Part shown: positions 62,967-64,000 of the stretch, piece after piece | Layout of the letters: every line of letters starts with the position of its first letter | Numbering within the stretch: the first letter of the stretch is position 1 | Assembly: GCF_000181795.1 (NCBI RefSeq) | Contig: NW_003526943.1 | Span: 6,540,122-6,604,121 of the forward strand | Reading direction: 5' to 3' | Length of the DNA: 64,000 nucleotides | Source: Trichinella spiralis | Lineage: Eukaryota | The notes under the pieces: generated by a model | The model's input: only the letters and a program-made list of their open reading frames with translations | Database searches by the model: none | Told to the model about the DNA's origin: nothing | Position numbers and translations under genes: made by a program

Positions 62967-64000
<1,034 letters not shown>

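Overview
AT-rich, intron-dense eukaryotic DNA with many ~55-100 nt introns. It is most likely from a clade I nematode such as Trichinella; this is inferred from gene architecture and the FLYWCH-MULE family, not from a search. Genes in order: CLC H+/Cl- exchanger (exon blocks out of order around N-gaps), PSMB3 (truncated), FLYWCH-MULE relic, TFIIF-alpha/RAP74, intron-containing tRNA-Leu(CAA), CDK12/13, PHLPP, KIF15, a small single-TM orphan, a large coiled-coil gene with several PCM1-like segments, otubain, FRG1 and the 5' end of GBF1. Mobile DNA: a solo LTR (TSD CTTA), a hAT-type MITE (8-bp TSD), and a Ty3/Gypsy element (TSD ATGA) nested in another (TSD ACAA). Top findings: (1) a solitary P1-type twister self-cleaving ribozyme on the minus strand at 19579-19640, whose predicted scissile bond coincides with a 3' splice site of an unannotated spliced transcript upstream of CDK12; (2) a candidate PCM1 (centriolar satellite scaffold) orthologue, a gene regarded as absent from C. 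elegans; (3) an RT-less in-frame Gag-PR-IN fusion whose ORF starts inside the LTR. Exon boundaries were read by eye, and reference motifs are recalled from memory and need database confirmation.
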